A program made the position numbers and the translations under genes. From positions 67,396,001 to 67,460,000 of the forward strand of contig NW_024704742.1 in NCBI RefSeq assembly GCF_018977255.1: 64,000 bases of DNA. Reading direction: 5' to 3'. Within the stretch, counting starts at the first letter, position 1; each line of letters begins with the position of its first letter. This document shows positions 12,585 through 25,480 of this stretch, piece by piece. Under the pieces are notes generated by a model. The model worked only from the letters and a program-made list of their open reading frames with translations. It was not told the origin of the DNA and searched no databases. The stretch comes from Callorhinchus milii (Eukaryota).

Positions 12585-12840
12585 TTAAAGATTCCATGGC
12601 ATTATTCGAAAAGAGAAAGGAGTTTCTCCCAGTGTCCTGGCCAACAAACTTCCAGATAAAATTGGTCATTCACTTCACGGCTGTTTTTGGCACATTGCTG
12701 TTCGTAAATTGGCTGCGCGTTCGCCTAGAAATATAATCACTACATTCATATTAAATCTTGTGAAGCACTTTGAGATGTCCTTCTGACATAAAAGGAGCTA
12801 TACCAAATGTAAAGATTATTATCATGATTATTATTATTAA
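12585..12840 (+). mobile_element. Deu-SINE 3' part
   Basis: gttaaagattccatggcattattcgaaaagag through the tail. Confidence 0.85.
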
Positions 12841-12844
12841 CATA

Positions 12845-12995
12845 ATTAGAACTGAGGTCAGGAAGTATTTCTTCACACAGAGGAATGTGACGATGTGGAA
12901 CACTCTTTTCCAAAAAGCTATAGAGGCCGAACCAATAGGGATATTTAAATGAGAGACTGAGAGATACTTGGGCTGTAGAAGCATAAAGGGACATA
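12845..12995 (+). mobile_element. CR1 LINE 3' fragment
   Basis: RTEVRKYFFTQRNVTMWNTL...AEPIGIFK is the typical CR1 ORF2 C-terminus (FFxQRVxxxWNxL). Confidence 0.82.
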
Positions 12996-13269
12996 ACAAT
13001 AATAATTATCTTTGCATTTGATAAAGTGACTTATCACGGCTTTAAGACGTCTCAAAGCACTTATACTTTAACAGAATATACTTTAAAGTGAATTGACTGT
13101 ATATTTTGTGGGCAAAACGACATATTGTTGAAGTTCGAGGCTTTGGGATTAAATGATCTGCAAAACCGAATAAACCAGTTGAACAGGCACACAGCCTCAT
13201 CCTGTTTCTGTTTTACTGTGTTATTATTTATAAATGAAAAANTATAATTTAGAGCATCTCTAACTTAAT

Positions 13270-13637
13270 CATAATAATTCAATATGGCACCTTATCACAG
13301 AATGAAATGTTTCAAAGAGCTTCACAGGATTGAATGTAAATTGCAGTTGCTATGTACTGTAGGTGAACACTGCCGTCAATTTACCCATAGCAGAGTTCCA
13401 CAAACAGCCGCAAAGTGACTGAACAACTTTATCTGGAGAATCTTTGGCCGAGATACTGGGAGAAAAGAGATTGCTGTCGTCTACCTGAGCAGGCGGACAA
13501 GATCTCAGTTTAACATCTCCTCCAACAATGCAGTGCACCCCTCGCTCTGCATTGGAGTGTCAGTCCAGATGATGCAGCTTGAACCTAAAACCTTCTGATT
13601 GAAAGGCGAGAGTATTACCAACTAAGCCAGACTGACA
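13270..13637 (-). mobile_element. Deu-SINE
   Basis: Reversed tail through to the head aagccagactgaca. Confidence 0.8.
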
Positions 13638-14124
13638 CAATGCCCATGATGTTGAAACATCACAAAGCACTTCACAGTTAGTTTCTGCCAATTACAGTGG
13701 CTATGATATATTTTTGCCACAAATACGGTCAATTCACTTTACAATATATTCTGTGGAGCGCTTTGAGATGTGTGATAAGGCACTCTATCAAATTCAAGGA
13801 TTATTATTATTATTATATAAAGGCACACACATGTAATAATAATCCCTGATATAGGGCCTTATCTCATTAAAATGTCTCAAAGTGGTTCAAAGTTTTTCTG
13901 TAACGTGTAGTGTGTTTGTAGGTTACTCAGAAACCCCATCAATTTAAACAGAAAACAAGTTCTCCCCTGTAGCAGGGAGATTAAATAAAGTTCCACTTTG
14001 TTCACTCGCCTTATTTCTACGATTGTCCCAATACTGCACGACACTCGTCATTTGATCTCTCGTGTTTGAAATTGTCAAGCACCATTTGGCCTCTTCACTT
14101 TAGATTTTGTGAAATTATATACAA

Positions 14125-14520
14125 TAAAATCCTTATATTTGGTATAGCGCCTTTCATGTCAGGATGACGTCCCACAGCACTTCATAGGATATATATTAAA
14201 GAGTGGAGTGACTGTGTTTGGTGGGCGACCGAAGCAGCCAATTTGCCATGTGGAAATTGTCCCACACACAGTCATGGAGTGAGTGACCAATTTTATTTTG
14301 GGGGGATTGTTGGTCAGGACACCGGGGCAAACTTCCTTCTCTTTTCAAATAGTGTCCTTCTGAACAGGCCTATGGGACCTCGGTTTAACGACTCATGCGA
14401 AGGACGCCACCTCTGACAATGCAGCACAACCCCAGCGCTATGCATGAGTTCCAAGTCCTGTCGAGGACTCATAACCTTCTGACTCAGGGGTGAGAGTGCT
14501 AAGACTGAGCCAGGCTGACA
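14125..14520 (-). mobile_element. Deu-SINE, near full length
   Basis: Reversed tail, Deu core, head gagccaggctgaca. Confidence 0.88.
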
Positions 14521-14967
14521 CGCTGCCACTGTGAAGCACTCCAAGTTAATTCTAAGAAGAATGAAGAATGCTGTTGTTGTTGTTGAAATTGCATAGTGCT
14601 AACAAACCGAACTTCAAAGTTTTTTTGCGTTCACCGATCTCCCTGCCTGCCCTAGACCCCCTCCCCCCCCAAAACAATGTTAAATTGAGACTTTTGTTTG
14701 ACAAAAAAACACCCTGTTAAAACTGCGGAGATTCAAAAAACAGTCAGCTCTCTTCTGATAGGATTATACCAACCTTCTGATCCTAAATGCTCCTGCAGTG
14801 AGCAAGTTAAACTAATCTTATTTTATCCTCCTCCCCCCCCTCCTACGTTGCCCAGATCCCAACTTTCCTCCCACCCAATCCCTGAGAATGCTGAATTGAT
14901 GCACAGATGAAAAAGATTAGGATGTTGATCATTATTATAATAGTTAAAAAAACACAATAAATTATTG

Positions 14968-15412
14968 TAATAATAATCCTTACATTTGGAGCTTTTCCAT
15001 CCTAAAGCGCTTCACAGGATTTCCTGTAAAGTCTAGTGACTGTGTTTTGGGGTGAACGTGGCAGCCAATTTGCGAATGTTTCTCAATTGCCTCTGAGTCA
15101 GAAGGTTGTGGATTCAGCCCCACTTTGTGACTTGCAATCACATAGATACAACTGACTCTCCAATGCAATGCTGGGGGTAGGTTGCATTGTCGGAGGTGTC
15201 GTCCTTCGGGTGAGACATTAAACTGAGGGACAGTCTGCCTCTTCAGGTGGAGGTTAAAAATCCTGTGGCACTGTTCGAAAGGAGAAGGGAGTTTCTCCCT
15301 GTGCCCTGATCAATAATTCCCCAAACAATCACTACACTTTACAGTATATCCTGTGAAGCCCTTTGAGGTATCTTGGCAAAGTAATATAAAATGCAAGGAT
15401 TATTATTATTAT
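14968..15412. mobile_element. Reversed SINE tail fused to a plus-strand Deu-SINE (15088-15412)
   Basis: gcctctgagtcagaagg head remnant; Deu core gcattgtcggaggtgtcgtccttcgggtgagacattaaac. Confidence 0.85.
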
Positions 15413-15879
15413 AAAGTGAGTGACTAAGGTTACTTGGGGGATTGCCCACAGATATTCAGGCAGAAGCTCTGACTCCACAGCGGAGTATGTCCAGAGAACA
15501 GTGGGATATGTGGAGAATTTGTTCTGACAGAGAGAACGATAATTATCTGAGAGATTTGCACTGTTTGATAGCATTGAAAGGCCTGGCCTTCTCTTTGAAA
15601 GCGAGAACTACAAGCTGTGTCTTTAAGACCCTCGCCCCTCTCTCTCTGTGGGAGTCACCAGAGCATTCTGGGGTGGGGGGAAGAGGGGAGACAATGGTAA
15701 CGGAGCACAAAGAGTGATGGAGCAATTAACTGTCACAGATTAGAGAGCTGTGGCTCGTGGAGGGGGGGAAGGGGGGGAAGTGAGGGTGGGGGAAGGTTCT
15801 TGAGTTGCCCGAAGAGAGGGAAACACTGACTTTTGCTCATCTTTAAAGCCATCCATGGCCTTGCTCCACCCCACCTCGG

Positions 15880-16232
15880 TGATAAGGCACTATATCAAAT
15901 GCAAATAATAATAACGTCTCAAAGCGCTTCACAGAATATACTGTAAAGTGGAATCGCCATGTATTTTGTGGGCGAAATACAGCAGCCAATTGCACACAGC
16001 AGTTTTCCACAAACAGCCATGGATTGAATGACCAAATTGTTATTATTAATTTTTTTTNGAAGGTATTATTACCTCCGAAAAAGTGATCCGCCAACCAGGT
16101 TCCTACTTACTGCTAGGTAAACAGAGGCTTGTGGAGTAAGGAAGCTTGTCCAGCGTTTTGCCCTGCCCGGGAATTGAACCCAGGTCCTCTTGTTTCCAAG
16201 GTGAGTGCTCTAACCACAGCACTACAGGACTC
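15880..16232 (-). mobile_element. tRNA-Ala/CORE-like SINE
   Basis: Head ...ctctaaccacagcactacaggactc (reverse); body tactgctaggtaaacagaggc. Confidence 0.85.
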
Positions 16233-16644
16233 TCACCTCATAATTTGTTGTTGCTTTTGTCGTTTCTGTCACAATGCTGAAAAAAGGCGGTGACGCTGAG
16301 AGAGCACGACTGCACAGGAGGGTGTGAAATATGGAACATTTCAATCACAATTAGCTTCTGAAGCTGAGTCTGTAGGAGTGTTTAAAAGGGAAATAATGAT
16401 CATAAATTCTTTTACATTTAATACAGCGCCTTTCACATCAGTAGGACATCTCAGAGCTTCGTAGGACTTTACTGTGAAATTTAATGACTATGTATTTTCG
16501 TTTGAAAGATGTGTCAATATCTTGATGTTTAAGACTAGGCTGAAGAGCAATCCAATGGGAGAGCAAGGTGAAGCCAAAGCTTCAGACTCATACCTCTGTC
16601 TCTACCAAAGCTTCCTCCTCTGGAACAGGGTCCGAACTCAGGTA

Positions 16645-17032
16645 ATAATACATAATCATTACATTTGATGCCTTTCACATCATGAGGCTGTCTCGAACTG
16701 CTTCGCATGGCGAACCCAACAGCCAATTTGTACACAGCAACATCCCACAAACAGCCATGAAGCGAATGCCCAATTTTATCTGGTGGATTGTTGGCCGGGA
16801 TACCGGGAGAACTCCTTTTTCTTTTTGAGTAGCGCTGTGGAATATTTAATGTCTAGGCGGATGGGACTTCAGTTTACAATACAACACTATTAACATTTAT
16901 ATAGTGCCTTTCATGTCAGACGGACATTTCAAGAAATGCTTCACAGACCAAAGCCAATGTCCCGATGTGGGACTTGAACCCACAACCTTCTGACTCGGAG
17001 GTGAGAGTGCTACCAACTGAGCCTGGCTGACA
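16645..17032 (-). mobile_element. Deu-SINE interrupted by a short L2-like tail
   Basis: Deu 3' part at 16645-16880; head at 16960-17032. Confidence 0.75.
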
Positions 17033-18236
17033 CGAGTAATTCCTGACAGCACGGTTCAGTTCAGGAAACCTTGGATCCAACCCCACTGCCCACCACGCTA
17101 TGGCATGTCCCGCTTGCTCTCTGACGTGCTGGCAAACATACACTTAATGCCCTGCACATGGGAAGGTGATGCAGATTTGCACGCACATGCAATTATCCAT
17201 GACTTTGGACACAGAATTGTGTTTACCCCACACAGAGGAGAAAATTAGGGCCTTAAAGTCTTGCCATGAAATCTAGGTAGTCCAAAAAAAACCTTTGTTT
17301 TGATCCAAACATAAGCTGCATTAACAGCGCAACAAGCAGCCTGCTTTTAAGTTATAATGACTGGTTTATAATTTCAGTAATGATTAACAGATACGGGGGA
17401 GTGAGCAATTTGGTTGGAGAGACAAGCGTATATGTTTGGACAAACAGAGAGGAAACAAACAGGTCTGACAGAACAGGACAATTGGAAATAAAATGCTGGA
17501 TAAACGGAAGTTCGATTCACGATTATCTAACTCCATTAAGATAAGCCTCTTTTTTGCAGAGGAGGTGACGGGAATGCAAAAGGCAAATGCATTTCGCTAA
17601 TCAGATGGGACTCAGTTATCATCCCTGCGTGCTTCCAAACCAAATATTTTGCTGTGCAATTTTTTTTAGCCCGACTTTAATATCATTTTATGACGGATAT
17701 TTCCCATCAAACAAGCCTTGAGGTCTATTTAATCGGCTAAAGATGTATCCAATTATACATGCCTTTGATGCTCAAAAATACTTAGAAAATTAGTATTATT
17801 TATTTTACTTGTAAAGCTTTATATCCTTTACCCAAGGAATCAGTCAACGGCTAACAAACCTTGAGAAACCGATGACTAGAAAACAAATGAGGCTTTCAAC
17901 CCTATTTAAAGCATTTAAAGCCACATTGCCCATTATGATATGACGCAATTTAAATATGGACCACAGAGAGGCGGGTGGGTAAGGCGGGGGCAAAATTCTC
18001 ACGGTCTCAGGCTTTAACTGCCTTAAAATGCTTCTTGATTGACACTTTTGGCCCGTGGGCCACTGCTTGGCCACCAATGCTTTACAGTGAATGCTGGTAA
18101 AGTTGGGACTTAATAGAGAAATGCTCTTTCAAGAGTCAAAGAGTTCTGCTGAGTGTGTTCTCTCCTCACATGGGCTAAGGTAAACAGCTTGAGAAAGTGC
18201 TAATTGCACGCAGATGAGTGTTTGCTTTCTGCATAA

Positions 18237-18467
18237 TTTCTGCATTTTATATTGCACTTTTCACATCAGTCTTAAAGTGCCTCATAGAATTTTACTGTGA
18301 AATATAGTGACTTGTCTATTTGCAGCAAATACAGCAGGCAATTTGTGCACAGCCATGAAGATAATGAATTATTTTATCTGGAGGGATTTGTTGGCCAGGA
18401 CAACGGGAGAAATTCCCTTCTCTTTTTAAATAGTGCCATAGGATCTTTAAGATTCACCTCAACAAGC

Positions 18468-18500
<33 letters not shown>

Positions 18501-18522
18501 GACGCCACTGCACTGGAGTGTC
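18237..18522 (-). mobile_element. Deu-SINE, partial
   Basis: Reversed tail and Deu core. Confidence 0.8.
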
Positions 18523-18887
18523 AAGAAGGACATCGGCAGCAACGTAGAGATGGGGGACATAGAGTGGGACAAAAGGCAAGGTTTAGAATAGAACTGATGT
18601 CAATGTATATTGAAGGTGTTGAAACCCAAGCCCTGCATATAATAATAATAATAACCACCTTACATTTGAGAAAGCCCCCATAGCATCTCAAAGCACTTCA
18701 CAAAGTTTCTGTAACTTGTAGGCAAACTCAGTGATCAACTTGCACATAATGTCCCTCAAACAGCCATGAAGTGACTGACCACCACCACCAACGATTTAAA
18801 ATTATGCAGCAATTTTCGCTTCAGTCAAAAGCAGTCAAAGGAATGATACTCCTTGTATTTGATACAGTGTCTTATCAGGTCGTCAAG

Positions 18888-19500
18888 GCAACGACTTGCA
18901 TTTGTATAGAGCCCTACAAACGGGGTAGCGTACCTGAGCACTTGACAGTGGCAGAGTCTGACCCCGAGCCAGGGGGAAATGGGAGGGGCAGGTGACCGTA
19001 AGCACCGTAATCAAAAAGGTCTTAGGTGGGATTTGAAAGTGCAGACAGAGGGGGCAAGGTGGAGGGATTGAGCCCCAGAGTTTCAGGGTGTAGTGGCTGA
19101 AGGCACGGCCACCGATAGTGAAGCGGAGGGGGTGGGGGACGAACAGAAGGTCGGAGTTAGCCGAGCAGTGGCAGCAGGTGGGGGGGTGGAGGGTAAGCAG
19201 ATCGGATAGGTAGGGAAGTGCAAGGGCATGAAGGGATTTGAAAACGAGTGAGAGGATCTTGAAATTGATCTGTTCACTAATTGGGAGCCAGTGGAGTCTG
19301 GCAAGGACTGGTGTGATGGGAATACAGAGTTTTGTGCAGGTGAGTATCTGGGCGGCAAACAAGCTGACAGGACATCAGTAGACTGAGAGTCGCGGCTGGA
19401 GGAGAAGTAGATTTGGGTGTCATCCACACACATGTGGAGGTTGACCCTATGCCTACGGATGACATCGCCAAGGGACTTTGCAAAGACCTCCATGCATTTA
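18888..19500 (-). mobile_element. L2 3' fragment
   Basis: Minus ORFs contain HMCVDDTQIY (degenerate YADD), ITPVLARLHWLP, FKILSLVFKSLH and GGRAFS. Confidence 0.88.
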
Positions 19501-20329
19501 TGGTGCAGGACTCGAAAGTGGCTACGTGTTTTGTAGGCGAACACGGCAGCCAATTTTGCACAGAGATGTCTCGCAAACAGCTCTGATTTTATCTGTGGGT
19601 GGGGTGGGCGGTGTTGTCATCCACAACACTGGAAACAGGGAAATTTCTGTACACAAGTGGAACACAGAAATTTTGCTTTGAGGACTCTTAAGCAAGGCGA
19701 TGGGGTTTGCGACACACACCAAAAAGAACCAGACAGTTTCATGAAACCAGGGTGGGAGTGTCCACTTTAAAAATCTGCAGCCTGAGTGATTTGCTTAGTG
19801 TTATGTTTATCACTATTAAGATGAGTTCTCCCCCCTTCCGCTCCCCCACACACATACCTAACCTGGTGTGACTTTCTGTTCTGAGATGGTTCAGAAACCA
19901 GACTTGAGCCCAGAGCTCTTTTTCTCTTTCCCTCTCTCTCTGTGTAACTGAGAACCCTGCAGTATTACCAGACACCAAAGCACGAAACCCAATCCCACAT
20001 CTGCACTGCGAGAACCTATTGATGCGCCGCTTGACAAATCTTGTTTTTGTTTGCTGGCACCTTCCGGAGACGGGCTCGGCATCTTCAAATAGAAGAGAGA
20101 AGAGGGCAGTGTGGGGGGTGGGCAGGCGGGGGCGTGAACAGTGGTGTATGGACGAGGGGAAGACCAGTGCCTTTCACTGAGAGCTCACACCTGTACTGAT
20201 GAGAACAGCACCACAGTGAGTTAACCATTGATGTGCTGTTTGTGTGAGAATTCTCCACACTTGTAATTACATCCTTCACAATCGTCGTTGGGGAAACTTT
20301 TGCAATACAGTATTCACCTCACCTGCTGC

Positions 20330-20730
20330 CCACACCCACACATACACACAAAGGCACACATCGACACACACACAGACCGACATACACATACACACACACA
20401 TACATACTCACACACATATACACCCACCCACACACACGTGCACACACACCGACACACATACATACTCACACACACACATACGTACACCCACACACATACA
20501 CACACACATACACACACCCACACACATACATAGTCACACACATATACACACACCCACACACACGTGCACACACATACACATACTCACACACACACATACG
20601 TACACCCACACACATACACACACACGTACACACACTCACACACACACACACACCCACATACATACACCCACACACATACACGTACACACATACCCGTATA
20701 CATGCCCACCTACCCAGACACCCACACCCA
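20330..20730. repeat. Degenerate (CA)n microsatellite
   Basis: Directly visible. Confidence 0.95.
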
Positions 20731-21389
20731 TCCAAAAAAGAGGCCGAAGAGTAGAGATGAGAGAGAGCAGGGAGGAGAGGAGGGCAGAGAAGGGGGAAAT
20801 GAGAAAACTAAGCTCCACTCTAGTTGCTGTGTTCCCAGCTACCGTGACGTCTCCCATCTATTCCAAGTGTAACACAAGTGAGCCTATTCCCCGGCTGTGC
20901 TGTGTGAAAGTCAGGATGGTATTTTCATGGACCATCACGCATGGTGGTGGGTTTGTTTTGAGGAGGAAGTGGGGGGAGGGGTAAAACATGATCAAAAACA
21001 GATTTGTCAGAAGCCGTGAATTCCTTCAGTTATCAAACGTTTGACGTACGCCAAGGCTGGATTTGGGCCAAGCTGTGGTCATGCTTGTTGCTACAGGCTC
21101 CATTCAGTCCTTACAATGAAAACTAAACATTGATTTCTTCGCCCCCACCCCCTACACTTTTTTTTCTTTCCCCTCTTTATCGTTCATCGTGCTTTCTGTC
21201 AGCCTGGAGCATTTAGTAACCCGGTTGTTAGTCGATTGGCGGATCACTTTCCAGGGTAATAATCCCTCAAAAAAAATGTGGTCATTCAATCCACGACTGC
21301 TGCATGCAGTTGGCTGCCGTTCTTTACCCACAAAATACACATTCAATCCACTTTACAATATATTCTGTGAAGTTAATTATTATTAACAT

Positions 21390-22170
21390 TTTGAGTTAGA
21401 AAGTTCTGGGTTTGAGACCCAAGTCGGGACTGTGTGCTCTCGCCTAGGCTGCCATTCCAACAATAATATAATAATAATCCTTGCATTTAATATAGCATTT
21501 TATCACATCTTTGAGACCTCTGAAAGCACTTCACAGAATATGCTGTAAAGTGAATTGACTATATTTTGTAGCTGAAACACGGCAGCGAATTGCGCACAGT
21601 AGTGTCCCACAAACAGTCATGGATTGAGTGACCAAATTTATCATCATCATCAATCAATCAATCAATCAATCAATCAACCAATCTATGTATGTTGAAGGGA
21701 TTAATTTCCTCGCAAAAGCGATCAGCTAATCGGCTAACAATTGGGTTCCCACTTACTGCTAGGTAAACAGAGGCTGGTAGAGTAAGGAAACTTGCCCAAC
21801 GTTTCGCTCTGCCCGGGAATCAAACCCAGTCCTCTCGCTTGCAAGGCGAGTGCTCTAACCACTAAACTACAGGACTCCACAATAGTGTGGGGAGGTGTAG
21901 AGGTGCCAGATAAGACATTAAACTGAGGTCCTGTCTGCCTGTTCAGGTGGACATAATGATCCCACGTCACTATTTGAAAAGAGGAGTTTCTCCCATTGCA
22001 CTGGCCAACAATCCCTCTGATAAAATCAGTAACTGACTTCATGGCTGTTTGCAGGATATTGCTGTGCGCAAACCTGGCTGGTGTGTTCACCTACAAAATA
22101 CACAGTCACTGCAATTAGCAGTAAATCCTGTGAAAGACTTTCAGAGGTCCTCCTGATGCGAAAGGTGCCC
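21390..22170. mobile_element. Deu-SINE (plus) split by a full-length CORE-like SINE (minus, ~21465-21880)
   Basis: Deu head at 21390-21460 resumes at ~21885; the insert carries an (atca)n expansion. Confidence 0.85.
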
Positions 22171-22239
22171 AGAAGGCCAGCCTAGTATATGAGCTCAGGG
22201 GTGAGGTGTCACCAATTGAGCTAGGTCGACACCATATAA

Positions 22240-22558
22240 AAATAATCTTTGCATTTGATATAACGCCTTATCATGTCTTCGAGACATCTCAAAGCGCTTC
22301 ACAGAATAAACTGTAAAGTGAATCTGACTGTATTTTGTGGGCAAAATGGATTGAGTGACCAAATTTTTTTAAAAAAGGGGTGTATTATCCCCAGAAAGCG
22401 ATTCACTAATCGACTAACAATCAGGTTCCTTCTTACTGCTGGCAAACAGAGACATATGAAGTAAGGAAATTTGCTTAAGGTTTTGCCCCGCCCAGGAATC
22501 AAATCCTTGTCCTCTCACTTGCGAGGTGAGTGCTCTAACCACTATGCTACAGGACTCC
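22240..22558 (-). mobile_element. tRNA-Ala/CORE-like SINE with an internal deletion
   Basis: Head gtgctctaaccactatgctacaggactcc (reverse). Confidence 0.87.
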
Positions 22559-23277
22559 ATAGGAGGTACAGGAGGTTAGACGGAAACAACCCTCTTCACA
22601 TCATGTAGGGGATGGTGTGCTCTTGATCCAGACTGCAGTCTGGAGAGACTTCCCTCTGTGCTGAAAAATTCTACAATTTCTTAAAAAACAAGTGAGGCAT
22701 GTCACGGATCCGGATAAAGAGAACGCAGGGGCAGGAATGAAATGAGCATTCCGTGTTGGGATTTGGAATGGTTCCGTGCTCGCAGCTGCGGCTGGGATGC
22801 CTATGGCTCTCTGGGGGCGCGGGTGGGGGAAGGGAGGTGAAAGGTCAATGACATCCACTAAATCACAGCAGTAAAGAGGGCATTAGAGGCACGGTAGAAG
22901 CAGAACTCTGCTAATGGGCTCAGCAGCTCGCATCCTTTGCAGTCACGCCTCTGTCCGGGACGTCTGGGATAGTGAATGCTGCCATTTAGTGAATTATGTG
23001 TTTGTTTCTCTTTCCCCCCTCCCCACCATTATATATGGGAGCGTGCATTTGACTACAGGCAGGAAATTGCTGCATGCTCAGTTATTAATAGCTTAGCGTC
23101 GCATTAACCCTTTAAATGCAGCCCAGCTCACTCTCGCCTCTGTGGCAAGATAGTTGTAAGTTAAAGCCCCAACACGGAGGTCTTTGAACTCACACAGTCT
23201 AGATTGATAATCTGATGCAGGGCTGGGGGTCATTGAGCTTCTGGAGATCCCGTGAATCCTGCGAAGCACTTTGAGAC

Positions 23278-23530
23278 AATAACAACAACAACTTGCATTT
23301 ATATAGCACCCCTCACTCTGGGCAGTGTCTCAGAGCGTTAACACTGATGGAGCCTGATGCCTAGCCGGTGGGGCGGGAAGGAGGTGACCGTAAGCATGGT
23401 CGAAGATGAAGGTCTGCAGTCATGATCCAAAGGAGGGAAGGAGAGGGCAAGTTGGAGGGATTGAGAGGGAGAGTTTCAAAGCTTCGGTGGATAGTGGCTG
23501 GAAGTGCGGTCACTGATGGTGGAGCGGAGG
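23278..23530 (-). mobile_element. L2 3' fragment nested in a SINE tail
   Basis: (aac)n ttgcatttatatagcacc; SINE tail sequence flanks it on both sides. Confidence 0.75.
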
Positions 23531-23737
23531 GGACATCTCGACGACGTGGCAAGGTGCTATATCAAATGCAAGGATTATTATATTATAAAATTCTCTTTGC
23601 AGCTTGCAGAATATGGATGAGCAAATTCGCAGCCTGGGGAGTCCTAGGTGACACTAACATCCTGTACGATTATTCAAGACAAGGAGTTTTCCCCGAAGGC
23701 CAGGCCTACAGTCTCCCACAGCCTGGTGCCTTCAGGG

Positions 23738-24075
23738 TGACAGCCTGGATCAGCTGGTGGCACTTTCGCCTCTGAGTCAGAAGGTTGTGGATCCAAGGCC
23801 CACATCAGGACTTTGAGCTCACAGTCTCAGGTTGCAGTGCAGTGTTGCATTGTCAGAGGTGCCTCAAGGTCTCGTGTGCCTGTCCAGGTGAATGTTAAAG
23901 ATCCTGTAGTACTAATCAAAAAAAGAAGGGAGTTTCCCTCCAGTGTCCTGGCCAATGCCCCAGATAAAGCTGATCATTTCCTTCGTGGCTGTTTGTGGGA
24001 ACATTGCAATGCGCAAATCGGCTGCTGAGTTTCTCTGAGTCATTAAACATTACAGCAAATCTCGTGAAGCGCTCC
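23738..24075 (+). mobile_element. Deu-SINE
   Basis: gacagcctggatcagctggtggcactttcgcctctgagtcagaagg head and Deu core. Confidence 0.85.
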
Positions 24076-24114
24076 CCGTGTGAAAGATATGGTATTGTAG
24101 TCTCGACATTGACG

Positions 24115-24558
24115 TCATAGTGGTTAACGCGCTTGCCTCGCAAGCGAGAGGACCCAGGTTTGATTCCCGGGTGGGGCAAAACCTTGGGTTTCCTTACTCC
24201 ACACTCCTCTGTTTTCCTTGCAGTAAGTAGAAACCCAGTTGTTAATCGTTTGGTGAATCGCTTTCGGGGAGTAATACAACAACAACTTGCATTTGTATAG
24301 CGCCCTCCACGCCGGGCGGCGTCTCAGAGTACTTAACAATGACGGAGGCCAAGGCCGAGCCAGGGGGAGGGGGAAGGTGATAATCCCTTCAAAACAATTT
24401 GGTCACTCAATCCACAACTGTTTCTGGGACACTGCTGTGCGCAATTGGCTGCCACGTTTCGCCCACAAAATCCACTTTACAATATATTCTGTGAAGCTCT
24501 TTGAGACATCTCAACATCATGATAAGGTGCGATATTAAACGGAAGGATTATTATTATC
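24115..24558 (+). mobile_element. tRNA-Ala/CORE-like SINE interrupted by a reversed L2 tail (~24275-24380)
   Basis: catagtggttaacgcgcttgcctcgcaagcgagaggacccaggtttgattcccggg head. Confidence 0.87.
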
Positions 24559-25317
24559 ATTATTTTAATATCAAATGCCGGGATTGCTGTCCTTCTTCGT
24601 TTAGTGCAGTAATACTGGGTGCGGAGAGGCTGCAACCCCCTTTGTGGAAAATGAATGGACGTCGATAAGACATACTGAGCCTGTTAAGGAAAGGCAGCCG
24701 ACCCTGAGGGGTACTCTCGAAGCACAGGGGAGGGAAAAATAACTTGCTTTTCACCTTAAAACCGCTCACTCACTTGTCTCCCTTCCAGCAGCAAAGTTAT
24801 ATCCGTGACTTTTGCCCTGGAAATTATCTGCATATGTGTTGCAATCCCACGCTGTGAAATCGCACACAGGTGCTCTTGCACTGCGCCGCACAACAGCACT
24901 TGAGGAAAACACGTGGGGATACTGTGAGCGCTGAAACACAGCAAGCTTCCAAAATAAAACCACAACAGGAAAGTCTGCGAATATCCCAAAGGGAAACGCT
25001 ACTTAACCTTTTGGGTTGTGACCCACCCTTCAGTAGATTTGGCACCAGGCTGTTGGGAAACAAATTACACTTACACAGAGTTACACAGAGTGATACTTCA
25101 CAAAAACAGGCCATTCGGCTCAACTCATAGAGTCCTGTAGTCTATTGCTTGGAGCACTTGGTGCAATTGGCTGGCGTGTTTCACCCACTAAATATACCAT
25201 CACTACACTTTACAGTATATTTTGTGAAGCACTTTGAGATGTCTCAATGACGTGATAAAGCGCTATATCAAATGCAAAGACTGTTATTATTATTAACTCG
25301 TTCATGCCGGTGTTTAC

Positions 25318-25480
25318 ACACCACACAAGGCCCCCATCTCTCCTAGTCCCCTCACCCACAGCCCCTCTATTCCCTTCTCCCTCATGCAAGCAGCAAGTTT
25401 TCTCTTCAATACATTGATGTCGTTTGCTTCAACCACAGCTCTGGGCAGTGAGTCCCAGCCTCTATGTAATGAAGTTCCTC
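25318..25480 (-). mobile_element. CR1 LINE 3' fragment
   Basis: WDSLPRAVVEANDINVLKRKL...MREKGIEG. Confidence 0.82.

Noticed and set aside
13242..13242. Ambiguous base n (another at 16058)
   Set aside because: Assembly artefacts next to homopolymer runs, not biology.
20244..20984. His/Thr-rich and Cys/Val-rich ORFs (also ~28440-28900, 32440-32920, 36100-36500)
   Set aside because: These are translations of (CA)n and similar simple repeats.
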